From Epiperipatus broadwayi (lineage: Eukaryota > Animalia > Onychophora): a stretch of 64,000 nucleotides of DNA. A model generated the notes under the pieces. That model had not been told where the DNA came from. It was given only the letters and a program-made list of their open reading frames with translations, and did no database searches. Location: assembly GCA_028023455.1 (NCBI GenBank), contig JAQFVV010000008.1:11842001-11906000 (forward strand), in the 5' to 3' direction. The translations under genes and the position numbers were made by a program. This document shows positions 36,992-49,900 of this stretch, piece by piece (position 1 is the stretch's first letter; each line of letters opens with the position of its first letter).

Positions 36992-39495
36992 ATTTCCCTG
37001 TGTTTGTAGAAGGGGGGCAAAAAAAAAAAATTAGTTAGATTTTAAAAGATGATTTTTATTTTTACTTATCTCAGATGCGGCAGTTAAAGTAAATTCTTGT
37101 TTACAACAAATCTGTTTTAATTACTTGACCAGAACTTTTTTTATTTTAATTACTAAATAAGAAACTCCTTTAAAACATATTTTAAGAAAAAAAAACCTTT
37201 TAACGTATTTTTTTAAAAAACAACTTTTAAATATTTTAATTACAACTTTTAATATTTTGAATCATGCCACCCCTATATACATTATATATAGGGCAGATAA
37301 TATATCCACATACAAATTTATAATAACAAAATTATTAATAAACTGACTTTTAACATTATTCTATATAATAAATATTTTCTCAAAATATTCTGCGATAGAA
37401 ATACACTATAATTTTATTAATCCTATTTAAATATAGTGTTGGTTCACATGTAAATATATATAACGCTGTTTAGACAGACATGATAGTGGTTTTATAAGTT
37501 AATTTTAAGAGTGTTAACATTAAAAAATAACATTCGAACTTAGCACAGACGAGTGGGTCATTAGGTTGATGGTGAAACGATAAGGGTTTGGAAGGTTATT
37601 GTTTCAGTACATATTTTTGAAATATCTTGCACTGATATATTATGCTAAAGAATTAGGAGAATTAGAACCCACCATTTCAAAACTATTATTATTTGGAAGT
37701 ATAGTATTCTCATGATTCTTATAGATAAAATACATTTAATGAATGAATTAAATAATTTCACTTTTTATAGTAAAAGGAATAGTTTGAATTATGTGACTAT
37801 CTTTTATTATATCACGACTTTTGACTTCATTAAGAAAATATATATTGGTTTGGAAATTTGTAGATAAATCAGAAAATACTGGGAAAAGGAATTTGTCAAA
37901 TGACAATCATTGACAAAAGACTTGTTAAAGAATTAAATAAATTAGCAATTATGCAAATAAAAATATTGATAAAAGTAAATTCTTGTCCAAATCCTTTAGT
38001 GGTTTAAATGGTGCTGATTTTTTGAAAGTATTTCTATTGATATAGAAGTTTTTTATAATAATTAATAAATACACATACTAGATTAATTTCATCATTTAGA
38101 CATCTGAGAATTAGTTGAGCAAGTATTTGGAGATTTATATTATTAAATGCAGCTTGGAATTATTTAGAAATCAAATATGATCAGTTATATTCTTTTACAT
38201 ATTAAGTCACTTCATTCATCATAAATAGCATCCTACAGTCATTGGATGGCAAAACAAAATAAACAGATAAAAGTTTGTTGGATAGAGTTAGATGAGAATA
38301 ATTTCATATATCTTATATTGATATTAATTGGATTCACAAAAATATGGTCAATGTTTTTTTGTTTTTTTTTTATGAAAATGGTCTGATTTAAATTTAGAAT
38401 GATGACATATATTATAATCCATCTTGCCAAATTTGAATGAGCCTATTATACATATTTATAATGATAAATATGCGACTTTTTTCGCATACGTTGGTGAAGC
38501 TATAATTATACTACAATTTTTACTGGTGAAGAGAAAAACAATTTATACATATTTATATAAGAAAGGCATTATTAGGTAATTGAAGTTTTTTAATATTGAA
38601 TAGCAATAATATTTGAGTTTAGTTTATTGATATGAACCTTGATATTAAAGTAAAAATGGAATTAAGAGGAACTTGAGGATTTGTTAGCTACCTTCAAGAA
38701 TAGTTATACTGTTGTATGAATTTACTTCTAAAATAAAAGGTAATTACTAAAGCAATCTGAATTCCTATTAATATATTTGAATTATGAATAAATCACAGAA
38801 TAAATCCCTCAATATCTGACAACATTCGTTATTCTATATATATTTTTTTCAATATCTAAATATATTTGGTAGACATTGAGTATATATATCATTTTGGTGT
38901 TGGAAGATAATTAATTAAATTGTCTATTTAACAAAAAAAAAAAAATGAATGTTTTATTATTAACAATAAGATCATCTAATCGGCTTGATATCTCCTTTCT
39001 TATTTATTTAGCCTGAATATGCGATTGTTTAATGTATGCAACAATAAAATCCAAATTTAGATGGAGCAAATATCATGGAAAAATCTCATTATTATAATCA
39101 CAATCAAAATTTTAAATACATCATTAGTTGTAAATCTTTAGAGAAATTAATTTTTGCTTTATAGAGCACCTATTAACATTAAAAAATATGTATTTTTAAT
39201 TCAACTATAATCATATTAGAGAAAAAATAAAAAAGATACTCTCAATGATATCAAAATCTGAATAAGCAGATAAAATAAAATTTTAATAGTAATAAATATT
39301 GAGTCACCCATTATTAATAAATAAAATCTTGGATCAGAGGCTAAATTATAATAAATATTTTCTAAAAAAAAACAACTACATGTAATTCAATGTAAAATTA
39401 AACTAAAAAAAAAACCAAACTATTAAGAATGAATAAAATTTGAAGAGCCCAAAAGTAAAATAAAATTTATTAAAATTGTGATATTATTTAAGATA

Positions 39496-40376
39496 CACCT
39501 GGATCACGTTTTATGCGGTAGATAGGTTCCTCAGAAAATGCGCACAAAAGAAATCGCACAAAAATAAACATAACTTACCTTGAAAAATGAGGGATAGGTT
39601 CCCGTAATTTTCAGAAATTGACATAAAAGCCAAGCAATAAGGAAAAATTATTTTAAAATTCACATTAAAAAAATAAGGAAATAAAGTATGACTAATAAAA
39701 AATTTCAAATATATGAAAAAAAATTAATATAAGACAAACTTTTTTTATTAACTACAGTATTTAATTTTACATTTTTTCATACATATTTTAATCATTACCG
39801 CTACTTTATAATATGAGTTTGTTTGTGAACTAGTAAGAAATCAGATTCATGATGTGTTGTACAACTAGCACCACTTCCAGTCTTGTGCTGTTTCTATATT
39901 AAAAAAATGAGATGCAATCAAAACAAAAAGATTAGACATTATCATTCGAAAGATTATTTTCAGTTTATAAAATCAATAAAATCTTCGTTATTATTTATTT
40001 TAAAAATCTAAAAAAAATATTTCTGTTAATATTTAACAAAATATGTTTTAAAAGTGTAAAATTTTTGAATATTTATTGCAATATTTTTATACGTATGTAT
40101 AAATCTATTATTATTATTTACTCATTAGTATAAGTAGGTTATTTATATAGAAACTAAGATTCTAAATACAACTTATGGCCATATTAATGTAAGCTGCTAA
40201 TATAACGTTATATTTTTGAAAAGAAAAAAAGTATTTCAAGTCAAAATAAGTTATTAATTTTTAAATTTCTTGATATCTAATAAATATAGTGAAATATGAA
40301 GAATATTAAGAAGAAACATGAATCGCATAACTTCAAAATCGCATTAAAATAATCCGCATAAAACGCGACCCAGATG
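39496..40376 (-). mobile_element. pogo/Tigger-like non-autonomous element, copy 2 (inverted relative to copy 1)
   Basis: TA-flanked TIRs CACCTGGATCACGTTTTATGCG / CGCATAAAACGCGACCCAGATG. Subterminal and internal blocks (TTATGCGGTAGATAGGTTCC, AAATCAGATTCA, AGCACCACTT) match the reverse complement of 26095-26995. Confidence 0.85.
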
Positions 40377-42654
40377 TATATGCATTTTGATTAGTCCAAA
40401 TAAGCATTTTATAATGTTTAGGTCAGTGACATAATATAATTTTGTTTCTATCAGACTAGAAATAAACCTAAGTTCTTTGAACAAAATTTAATTAGTTAGC
40501 GTAATTTTTTCCCAATTATTGAGTTCATTGATATTCATGTTTGAGCCTTTATCAGTCCATTATCTATTTAAAATCAGCTGCATGCTATCAAATCTTTTGA
40601 TCAATATATCTTTTTTAGGTTTATCATAGTAGATATTATCATCATCAAGTTGCTTCAAATTTAAAGTTTTGGAAGCAGTGAAATTTTTTTGATTATACAT
40701 GATGAAATATTACTTTTCTCACATAGTAAAGAGAATATTTTATTTATAGAAATGTTACATTCTAAAGACAAAAAAAAAAATCTGAATTTTCAGAAGAAAT
40801 ACTTACTATCCCATCACTCTTGTAAAAAAAGATAAATAAGTTTTATCTTTGACAGATATACAATATTACCAATATAGAGAAATTCATTAGTTTCAGGAAT
40901 TAAATTTTCGATCTAATTTATATCAGATGAAGTGCTCAAAAAAGAGATTTTTGTTTTAACTAAACATGGCTAGCTTAACAAAATAGTTGTATTTTAAACA
41001 TTTGTTAAAAAGTACAATAAAAACGAAGTGCATTAGCTTATAATATTTGAAACATTCTAGATATTGAGTTGCAATATACATGGAAATTTAGATCTGTGAA
41101 ATTATATAAGGAATATACTATTTCCTTTTAAAGCTTTTGAAAACATATTGAGAACAGTTGTGTCTTATGGCATACAACAACATAATAGTGTGTTCATGTA
41201 TATATATATAAAGTGGAAAGGAAAAGTAGAAATAAATACAAATTTTTTTTGTAGATATTTATTATATTACTCTAGAATACGGTTAAGAAATAAATAATAA
41301 TTTTGAATTTAAAAAATTATTATAAATTAAACATTTAAAAAGATGTATTTAAATGTTTTATTCTAATTTTGATAATAATGAAAAAAATCTAATATTAAAA
41401 AAAGAAATCTAAAACAAGCTTGTTGTATGTTACAATATACTGGTAATTATAAAATTTCCTATGTATTTTTAATTAAAACTTGTATAATACATTCTAATAT
41501 TGTTTAATGGGTTAAAAATACTTTTAGATAAAAATTTGGTACTTAATTAAGGTAAATTAAAAAAGTCATTAACTTTTTTTTTAATCAAGACAAAGAAAAC
41601 TTACTTTAATTACTAATTATTGTTTTTAAATTTCATGACAGATGATAGAAGATGGATTTAAAAGATCACTAGGGAGGGATTACAACCTAGACAGCACGAT
41701 TATTATGAAGTTATAACTAAAAGCAAGAAATAGAGCTGCTGGTAATATCATAATGGTAGTTTGATTTCACATGGAAGCAAGGCCCTGATTTTTTGTTTCA
41801 TAGCCTATATTGTATATTAGATGACATACCTGAAGTCTATCAAATTATAGACTGAGTGGGGCTGACTGAATGTCAACAGTTTCCTGATTTATACCTTTCC
41901 TGGAAATGTCAATAGAATATTATACTATTCTATTAAGAACATGATTATAATGGATCAGATTACCAAGAGGTCAGAACTAATCAGCTTGCTGAAGGATTAT
42001 CATGATATGATCTCATATGCATGCTGATTAATCTACTATGAAAAGCACAAATGTATAATTACTGCTGGATGAATATATATATAGTGCGGTGAGTAAAAAA
42101 ATAATTTATTGCAAATGACGATTATATTAATTACTTGATTTTGCAGTTAAAATCTCTAAGTTACAAGTTTAAAAGTAAATAAGCTTTGCTTGAATTATAC
42201 ATCTAAAAACAGGATTAATTCTAGTTTATATTTTACTTTTGAAAATAATAAAAGAGAAACTCCAAAAATCTTTCTATATTAGAGAATATAAGAACTTGCT
42301 AGCAATATTTTTAAAAGATGTTTACAACTAAAAGTAATTATGCAGGATTATTCAAAGAAAGCTTTTCTTAACCCTTTAAAATGTGTTATTTGGCAGAAGG
42401 AATTATAATTAGTAATAAAAATATTTTATTTAATAAGTTTATTTATAAATTAATGAAATACCATTAGGATATAAATATCAGTGTATACACATTAGAATAA
42501 GTACCCCTATAGATTAAAATCAGACATCAACCACATATATTTTAAATTTAATTATTTATGTATTGAAATGTGATCGCTTAATTTTTTATCATTATTATGA
42601 CAATTGTAATGTTACAGTACGTGTGTTTATACAGATGTGTATCATGTAGACATA

Positions 42655-45247
42655 TATCAACCATTATCAATCCACTGCAGGATATAGGTCTCTCCAAGTT
42701 CAATCCTTCCCTGATCTTTAGTTTCTCTTCTCCACATCACCCCTGCATACTTTCTTATTTCATCAATCCATCTCACATGTAGTGTCTTCCTGGGTCTTTT
42801 ATAATCTCTTGAAATCCAGTTTAAGATTTCAATTGTCCATCTATTATCATCTCTTCTAGCAATATGTCCAGCCCAACTCCACTGCAATCTTATTTTTTTC
42901 AATGAGGTCAGTAACACCCATTTGTTCTTCTTATCCATATATTGCTTTTTCGATCTCTCCTTGTTACTCCCAACATGCATCTCTCCATACTTCTTCGAGT
43001 GGTCTGAAGTTTCTGTATTGCTCTTCTATTAAGTGTCAAAGTCTCAGATCGACAAGTAAGAACTGGTAAAACATATTTATGTAAAACCTTCCTTTTCAAA
43101 CCCATAGGCATATTTCCTTTTAGTATCAAGTTATTTCTACCAAAAGCACTCCAAGTTTAATTTTATGATTAATTTCATCCATTATGTTTCCATGTGTATT
43201 AATAATCTGACCAAGATATTTGTAACTGTTAACTTCTTCTAACTCATCATAATCAATCTTTATTTTCATATTTTGAGAAAATCCATTAAATATTACTTTA
43301 GTCTTTTTAACATTTATCTTTAGTCCTACTTTCATCTGATAACTCCTGCAACATTTCCTGCAGATCTAAAGCATTATGTGCAAAAACAATTACATCATCT
43401 GCAAAATCTAAATGACCTCAATAATCTCCATTTACTTTCACTCCTTTAGCTTCTCATTTTAATCCACAAAATACTTCTTATAGCACTGCTGCAAAAAGTT
43501 TTGGATATGGAGTCATCCTATCTTACACCCTTCTCAATGTTGACTTTCCTAGTATCATTATGTAATCTAATTGTTGCTATTGCATTTTTATAAATATTGT
43601 TTAAAATATGACAATATCCTGGATCTATACCTTGATGATCCAATGCTTTAATCACTGAAGAAATATTTATAGAATCAAATGCCTTTTCATAATCTACAAA
43701 TCCAAAGCATAATGGAAACTCATTTTCATATGTCCTTTCTATAACTTCTCTCAATACCTCTTTTAAATCCAGCTTGTTCTCATGGTTGGTGGAAATCCAA
43801 TGTTCTCTGTTGATGAGTTGTAATTATCTTAGCAAAAATATTGTACAAAACTATCTTATTTATTACCTTTTTTAAATATTAATACTGCATTCTTCCAATC
43901 ATCTAGTACATCTTTATCATTTAGACATTTGGTATATAACTTTGCTAAAAAAAAATTATATTTCTTTACCTGTTTCTTTTAATATATCAATTATAATTCC
44001 ATCATAACCTGGAGCCTTTCTTTTCTTCATAAATTTAAGTGCATGTCTCACTTCTTCATTTAAAATTCTGGGCAATTCAGAAGATATAATAGATAATCTT
44101 TTCCACAGAATTCTACAAATTCGAGATATTCAATCCTTTTTAATGCATCATTTTTGTATATCTTCATATTCCTTATTTTCTTCATAAAGTCTCGGTAGAA
44201 ATTTTATTGGTCAACTGCTGCTTTTTTCTACCAGCTATCTTTGTTGCAGTTTTTAAAAGTGTATCAGTTATTTCCTTATTAATTTCAATCAAATCTGAAT
44301 CATGTTCAAAATCTAATACTTGAAACCGATTTGTAAGTTCTAATTTAAATTAATTAGAATGTTTCTGAAGATTAGGAATATCAACTGTAAATATTGTTTT
44401 TCTTAATCATTTTTGTCTCTCTAGTTTTGCATTAACACGTATTTTATGTCATACTAATTAATGATCACTTCCTGTGTTAAATCTTGAAATATGTATTTTC
44501 TGTTAGTCAAAATATAATCCAATTCTGCTGTACCTTCATTTGGATGCTTCCATGTCCATTTCCTTTTAACATTTTTCTCAAAAAAAGAATTCATAATATA
44601 AAGTTTTTCTTTTTCTGCAAACTCTACAAGTCTATGTCCTCTCTCATTTCTATCACCATAACCAAAATTATCTACAGCACTTTCATCTTTCATTTGTTTA
44701 CCAATTCTAGCATTCAAGTCTCCCATAACAATTTTAAAATATTGTTCACTCTGATCAAAAGTCTTTTGTACATCCATATAAAAATCTTCTACTATTTCAT
44801 CACTATGAGAACTTATTGGGGCATAAACCTGAATTATCTGCATTTGATATCTGTTATTAAGTTGTATAACTAATCTTGCCACTCTGTCCGATATACCATC
44901 AATCTCCACAATGTTGTTCTTCCACTTTTTATTTATAATGAATCTTACTCCACTTGTATTTCCAATATTTGTGCCTTTATAGTAGAGTGCATGTCCACTT
45001 TTTAAATCAATTGTCTCTCTTCTAACTTCACAAAGTCTAATAATGTCCCATTTAATATAAGACAGTTCTAATTCTTGCAATCTTCCTTCACCTGAAAATG
45101 ATCTGCAGTTGTATGTACCTAAATAAAAAAAATTGTCATCAAATGGCAACCTGGGTCCAGAATCAGGGGATTCTTATCACCCTATGCCTTCGGTCATCAA
45201 TCGCTGCTTTGATTGGTGACTTTACAGCCTCCCAAGAATAAGGACCA
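42655..45247 (-). mobile_element. Near-full-length decayed RTE-clade LINE (endonuclease + RT)
   Basis: EN ORF 44454-45149 (YLGTYNCRS, LCEVRR, QVYAP, VMGDLNARIG, LDYILTN). RT: FVDYEKAFDS, HLDFADDVIV (~43390-43410), YKYLGQ. C-terminus WAGHIARRDDNRW, RWIDEI. 5' UTR with hairpins retained. Confidence 0.95.
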
Positions 45248-45305
45248 TGATTTATTTTTGTCTGACATAATTGTATATATCTAATGGAAAAATATTTATC
45301 ATTTG

Positions 45306-45386
45306 CACATACATTCATTCTGCCTTATCAGGCAACTGAGAAGAAAGACCATGGTGTTTCTTGATCTTAAACTCAGAGGTAAAAAG
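45306..45386. repeat. ~85-bp dispersed repeat, copy 2
   Basis: Matches 3114-3198. Confidence 0.9.
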
Positions 45387-46303
45387 CCAATATATGTTAA
45401 AATTAATCAGTTATGTATTATTAAAATGAATTAATTTTTTTATTAGTTTATAACAATTCAAAAATGTTAATTTTTTATTATTATATAGACATCTATATGC
45501 TTAGTAAATTACAATATGATAACATATATTTTTTAACAATGTGATAGCATATATTTTGTATTATTTTTGTATTCAAATCAAAATCAAAATGATGTATTCA
45601 TATTTATAATGTACATGACAGATCTTATTTTATTATTGTTTCTAAATAATAAATTTATATTTCATTAAATTATTCCAGTGAATTTATTTAATTCTAAATT
45701 AGGTTTAAAATATTGTTTTATTTATCTCTTGTTCAGAGTAACAGTTATAGAGCTCTTGCTCCCAGAGCTGGGTTCATGCATAATGGTCAGTTATATGGAT
45801 TGGGATTTATGATTGGTGTTTTGGACATCCAGTTGATGATAATTTCATTACTTCTGTAATGCTCAATGGTGCAAAGGTATACTCTTTAAAGTCCATGCAT
45901 TGTTTTACTTTAGTATGAAATTAGAAATTAAGTTTGTATTGGTACTAAGTGACCAGAGGGCATTGATGATGATCAGCATGTTTTAGTATCCCAGCAATAT
46001 TCTTTTTGTTATATTCTTATGGATTAGCATTTAAGTTTGTGCATTCAAATTATTGTTTATATAACCCCCCCCCCCCACTAAGCTTGGCAAAAATTAAATA
46101 ATTAGCCTGGTCTATAGTGGACCCCTTTCAAATCCAATCACAAGCTTGGCTATTGATTTTATTTTTTTGATCATTCATGATGATAAATGATTATTATTAT
46201 TCTCTGTAACGCTGGTGAACTTATTGTTGTTTTACGAATCTCTCATGCTCATATTCATTATATTATTTGCATATTTAAATTTAGATTTGAGTAGAGAATT
46301 TAA

Positions 46304-48950
46304 CAATCAATCAATCAATAGTATTTTGTCCGATGGACAGTTTCTCCACTTCATTTTCTGCATTGTCCAAATCTTCAATTCCACTTAATTCTTCCCATCT
46401 TTTATATCATCCAGTAATGTCAATCTTTTCCATCGTTTCCACTCACCATCCCCTTCAAAATATCTTTCATTAAACTACACTTTTCTACTTAATATAGATC
46501 CAATCTAGTTTCTCTTTCTACCTCTAATTTCCTCAATCAGCATTCTTTCATTTACTCACTTCAAAACTTAATTTTATTCATCAAATTGATTTTTTCCATC
46601 TCAAAGATTTCCAATCTGTTCCTAATTGTATTATTCAGTGACCACATTTCACAACCATATGAATAGTACACTCCACACATAAATTTAATTAATCTTTTCC
46701 ATAATTCTTTCTTCAAAGGTCCATAAAATATTTGCTTTTTCTTAGTAAATGCCTTCTTTGCCATTGCTATTCTTTTATCGTCACTTCTTACATCTTTACT
46801 CAACCAACTACCCAAATTCCTTTATCTGCTGAACTATATTATCAAGGATTTCTATTTGTATTCATTTTGCATTCCTTCCAATCCATAAATACTTGATCTT
46901 CTCAAATATCCTTCTTCCAATTTATTTAACATATTCTGAAGATATTTTTCATCCTCAGGCTATAATAGTTGTTTCATCTGCAAATCTTATACATTTTATT
47001 ATTCTACTTCCAACATTTGTTCAGTCTAAATAATTATTTAGCATGTCTTCTAAATAAATATTAAAAAGAACAGGTGATGTACTGCATCTTTGTCTAATTC
47101 CTTTCTATATTCACTTCATCAGTATCATTACTCTCCAGTCTAATTCTTATCCTCTTTTCAAAATACTCCTTTATTTTTTAAAATGGCCATAAGTTTATTC
47201 CAGATTTCTGAAGTGTTTTCCAAATCCACAAAACATATACAAATTTCTTTATTTTTCCCAATATATCTTTCTGCAATAGCTTTAACAATACCAATGTAGC
47301 ATCCCTTGTACAGTTACCCTCTGAAAACCAAATTGTTCTCCAATATAATATTCTACCATCCCATAAATTTCTCTGAATTAAAATCCCAATAAAACTTTAG
47401 AAGCACAAGATAACAAACTTATTGTCCTGTACTCTTCACATTTAACAGCTTTCTTCTTTTTAGTAATTGGCATCATTACAGTCCTCAAAAAATCTTCAGG
47501 CCAAACTTCACTATTATATATCAAATTGCAAAATCCAATGATTTCCTTCATAGTAAATCCTCCTATTTTATTCAAAAATTTTATAGGTATTATATCAAAT
47601 CCAACAGCTTTACCAGTCTTCATTTATGCAATTGACTTTATTACTTCATCTATCAATATGTCATTATCTTTATCAGCTACTTCAATATCTCTTTCATTTT
47701 CAAGTTCATAATTAATTAAATTATTTTATTTTCTAAATAGACATTGAAGATATTCTTTCCATCTTTTCTATATATCATTGCTATCAATTAATCTCTTTTT
47801 TTATTCTTATCCAACCATTTCTTTTATTCCCAAGTGACATTTCTAATTCTATCTGATATCAGATCTTACCTTTTCACAAGTTGAAGCATTTCTATCTCTC
47901 TTACATTCTTGTTCCAACCATTTTTCTTTTGATGAATTTGTTTATCTTCTTTGTTCATTATTAATTTTTCTATATGCACTCTACCATATCGAATAGTGAC
48001 TATTTCATTTTTTGTCACTTTTAATAAGCCTTCTACACCAATACTTATCAGAGCTATTAATATATTCCTCATTTTTATCATCCTTTTTATTATATTTTCA
48101 CATATTAAACCAAATTTTCTTTTCACCATTTCTCTCAATTTATTGAAGTCCCATTTTACATATCTTTTCCTTCTTTTTATTGTTTTTTAACTCAACTTTA
48201 GTTTAATCATAACCAAACAATGATTTGAATTTATATCAGCATCAGACAAAGCATGCAAACCCTTAATAGCATTCTTATATTTATCCTAAATCAATATATA
48301 ATCAATTTGATATTATCACCTCGAAATTTCTATGTATACAATCTTCTAATGTGATTTTTAAAGCAAGTGTTTGAAATCACAAACCCATTCTCCTTACAAA
48401 ATTGTACAAGTCAGTTACCTCTTTTATTACTTTTTCCATGATAATTTCAAACAATTTTTCCTTGCTTATCTTTCCACACAAGAGCATTCCAATCAATCAA
48501 TATAAACTTGTACAAATATCAAATCCCTAAGACTTGCATTTATTCTCATCATCAATCTACCATCAATACAATCTACCTTTGCCACCCTATCCTAAATTTT
48601 CTTTCCAACAGCAATACCAATTCCATTAACTGACCTATCACCTACCAGAATAAAATAATTTAATATCTCCACTACTTATTTCCCTACATTCCTCCCACCT
48701 CACTTCACTTAATCTTATAACATCAATATTATTTATGCTCATTTCTCTTTTCAAATTTTTCAATTGGCCAGCTCTTCTCAATGGTAAACATTCCATGCAT
48801 CAATTCTCAATGTGTCTACTCCTGCCGGGCAAGACACTAAAGCCATCCTTCGCTAAGATCTCAACACTAAACATAATAACACTTGTAGACATACTGAAGC
48901 AGTCAATCTTAGCTTAAGATTGAGCTTCATAGTTCCATCTACTAACCTGT
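46304..48950 (-). mobile_element. Second, different RTE-clade LINE, decayed, near full length
   Basis: EN start LRIDAWNV/RRAGQLKNLKREMSINNIDV (~48700-48810), KAVGFDIIPIKFL, CEEYRTISLLSCASKVLL, IRFADE (~46975-46995), KRIAMAKKAF, YGCEMW. (TTGA)n tail at 46304-46318. Confidence 0.92.
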
Positions 48951-49499
48951 ATTCAAACCCTATATCCCATCCCATTCCTTTTGTCATGTATATATTTGAG
49001 ATGCGCACCTAAGTTATAACATTTTTTTTAATTATTATTATTTTTTTATTTATTAAATTAAAGTAAATAGGTGTGGCTCAGATATATACATATTATAGAG
49101 CAAAAGTACTAACAAATCATTGATTTTTTAAAAATATTTTATTAGACGTCATTTTAAAACTTTTTCTTTTTAAATTGTTTTTCCTATTAAAATGTATATT
49201 TTATACAATCCAAGATGGAAGATGCAATCGTTAATTGTCCAAAAATAATTAAAGGGTTGGAAATACTATTGTTTTAATATGGGGAAGGTATTATTAATTA
49301 AAGTTTTTACTTAAATAAAATGAGGGTTAAGATTAAAGATTTTCTTTTGTTATAAACATTTTTGTCAAATCTATTTCTAATCTGGAAATAGATTTGAATT
49401 TATTTTTGGACATTATCTTACTGTTGCATTTTCAAAAACAATGGACAAAAAAATGTAAAATTTCTGTTAGATTAAAGATTACGTTTGAGCTAGAGATAA

Positions 49500-49900
49500 G
49501 AAATGCAAAGAATTCTTCAAATACCTGAGCAGTGTATAAAATGGCCGGATTTTAAATCACCAACAGATTAGCTACTATTGAAAGAAATGATTGCTACTAG
49601 ATTCCATGCTGTTTTGAAATCTTAAAAATGATCTAGTAGAAAGTTTTTCCCGACCCTTTTGGGTCGTCTTCCGCTGTCGTAATATTCTGCTACCCTGAAA
49701 TGAAGTAAAATCCCAACTGGAAAATTGTGGAATGCTGAATAAAAGCTTGTTGTTATTTAAAAACCAACTGCCATGCATGAGCAGACTTTGAAATATAGAA
49801 TCTTAAAATGATGCAAGGAGGTAAATTTTCAAGCCGCAAGTAAAGCTAGTCTAATCTCAAACTCTATTATCAAGACTTCTTCTCCTAACGTATCATTTAA
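49500..49900 (-). promoter_or_regulatory. CpG-retaining region with a CAG|GT donor at 49525; candidate non-coding first exon or promoter of the minus-strand gene
   Basis: Local CpG density is far above background; donor CAG|GTATTT. The link to KIAA0232 is inference only. Confidence 0.3.

Noticed and set aside
37546-37595. CAGACGA...GAAACG hammerhead-like motif
   Set aside because: Core has A in place of U4, and neither stem II nor stem III forms convincingly.
44484-44873. 129-aa plus-strand ORF (also 3692-4063, 4094-4402, 42597-42782, 47526-47711, 47951-48190)
   Set aside because: Antisense shadows of RTE coding sequence.
48800-48960. HDV-like ribozyme in the 5' UTR of the second RTE
   Set aside because: Hairpins exist (AATCTTA/TAAGATT, GTGTCT/AGACAC), but I could not assign P3/L3 or P1.1.
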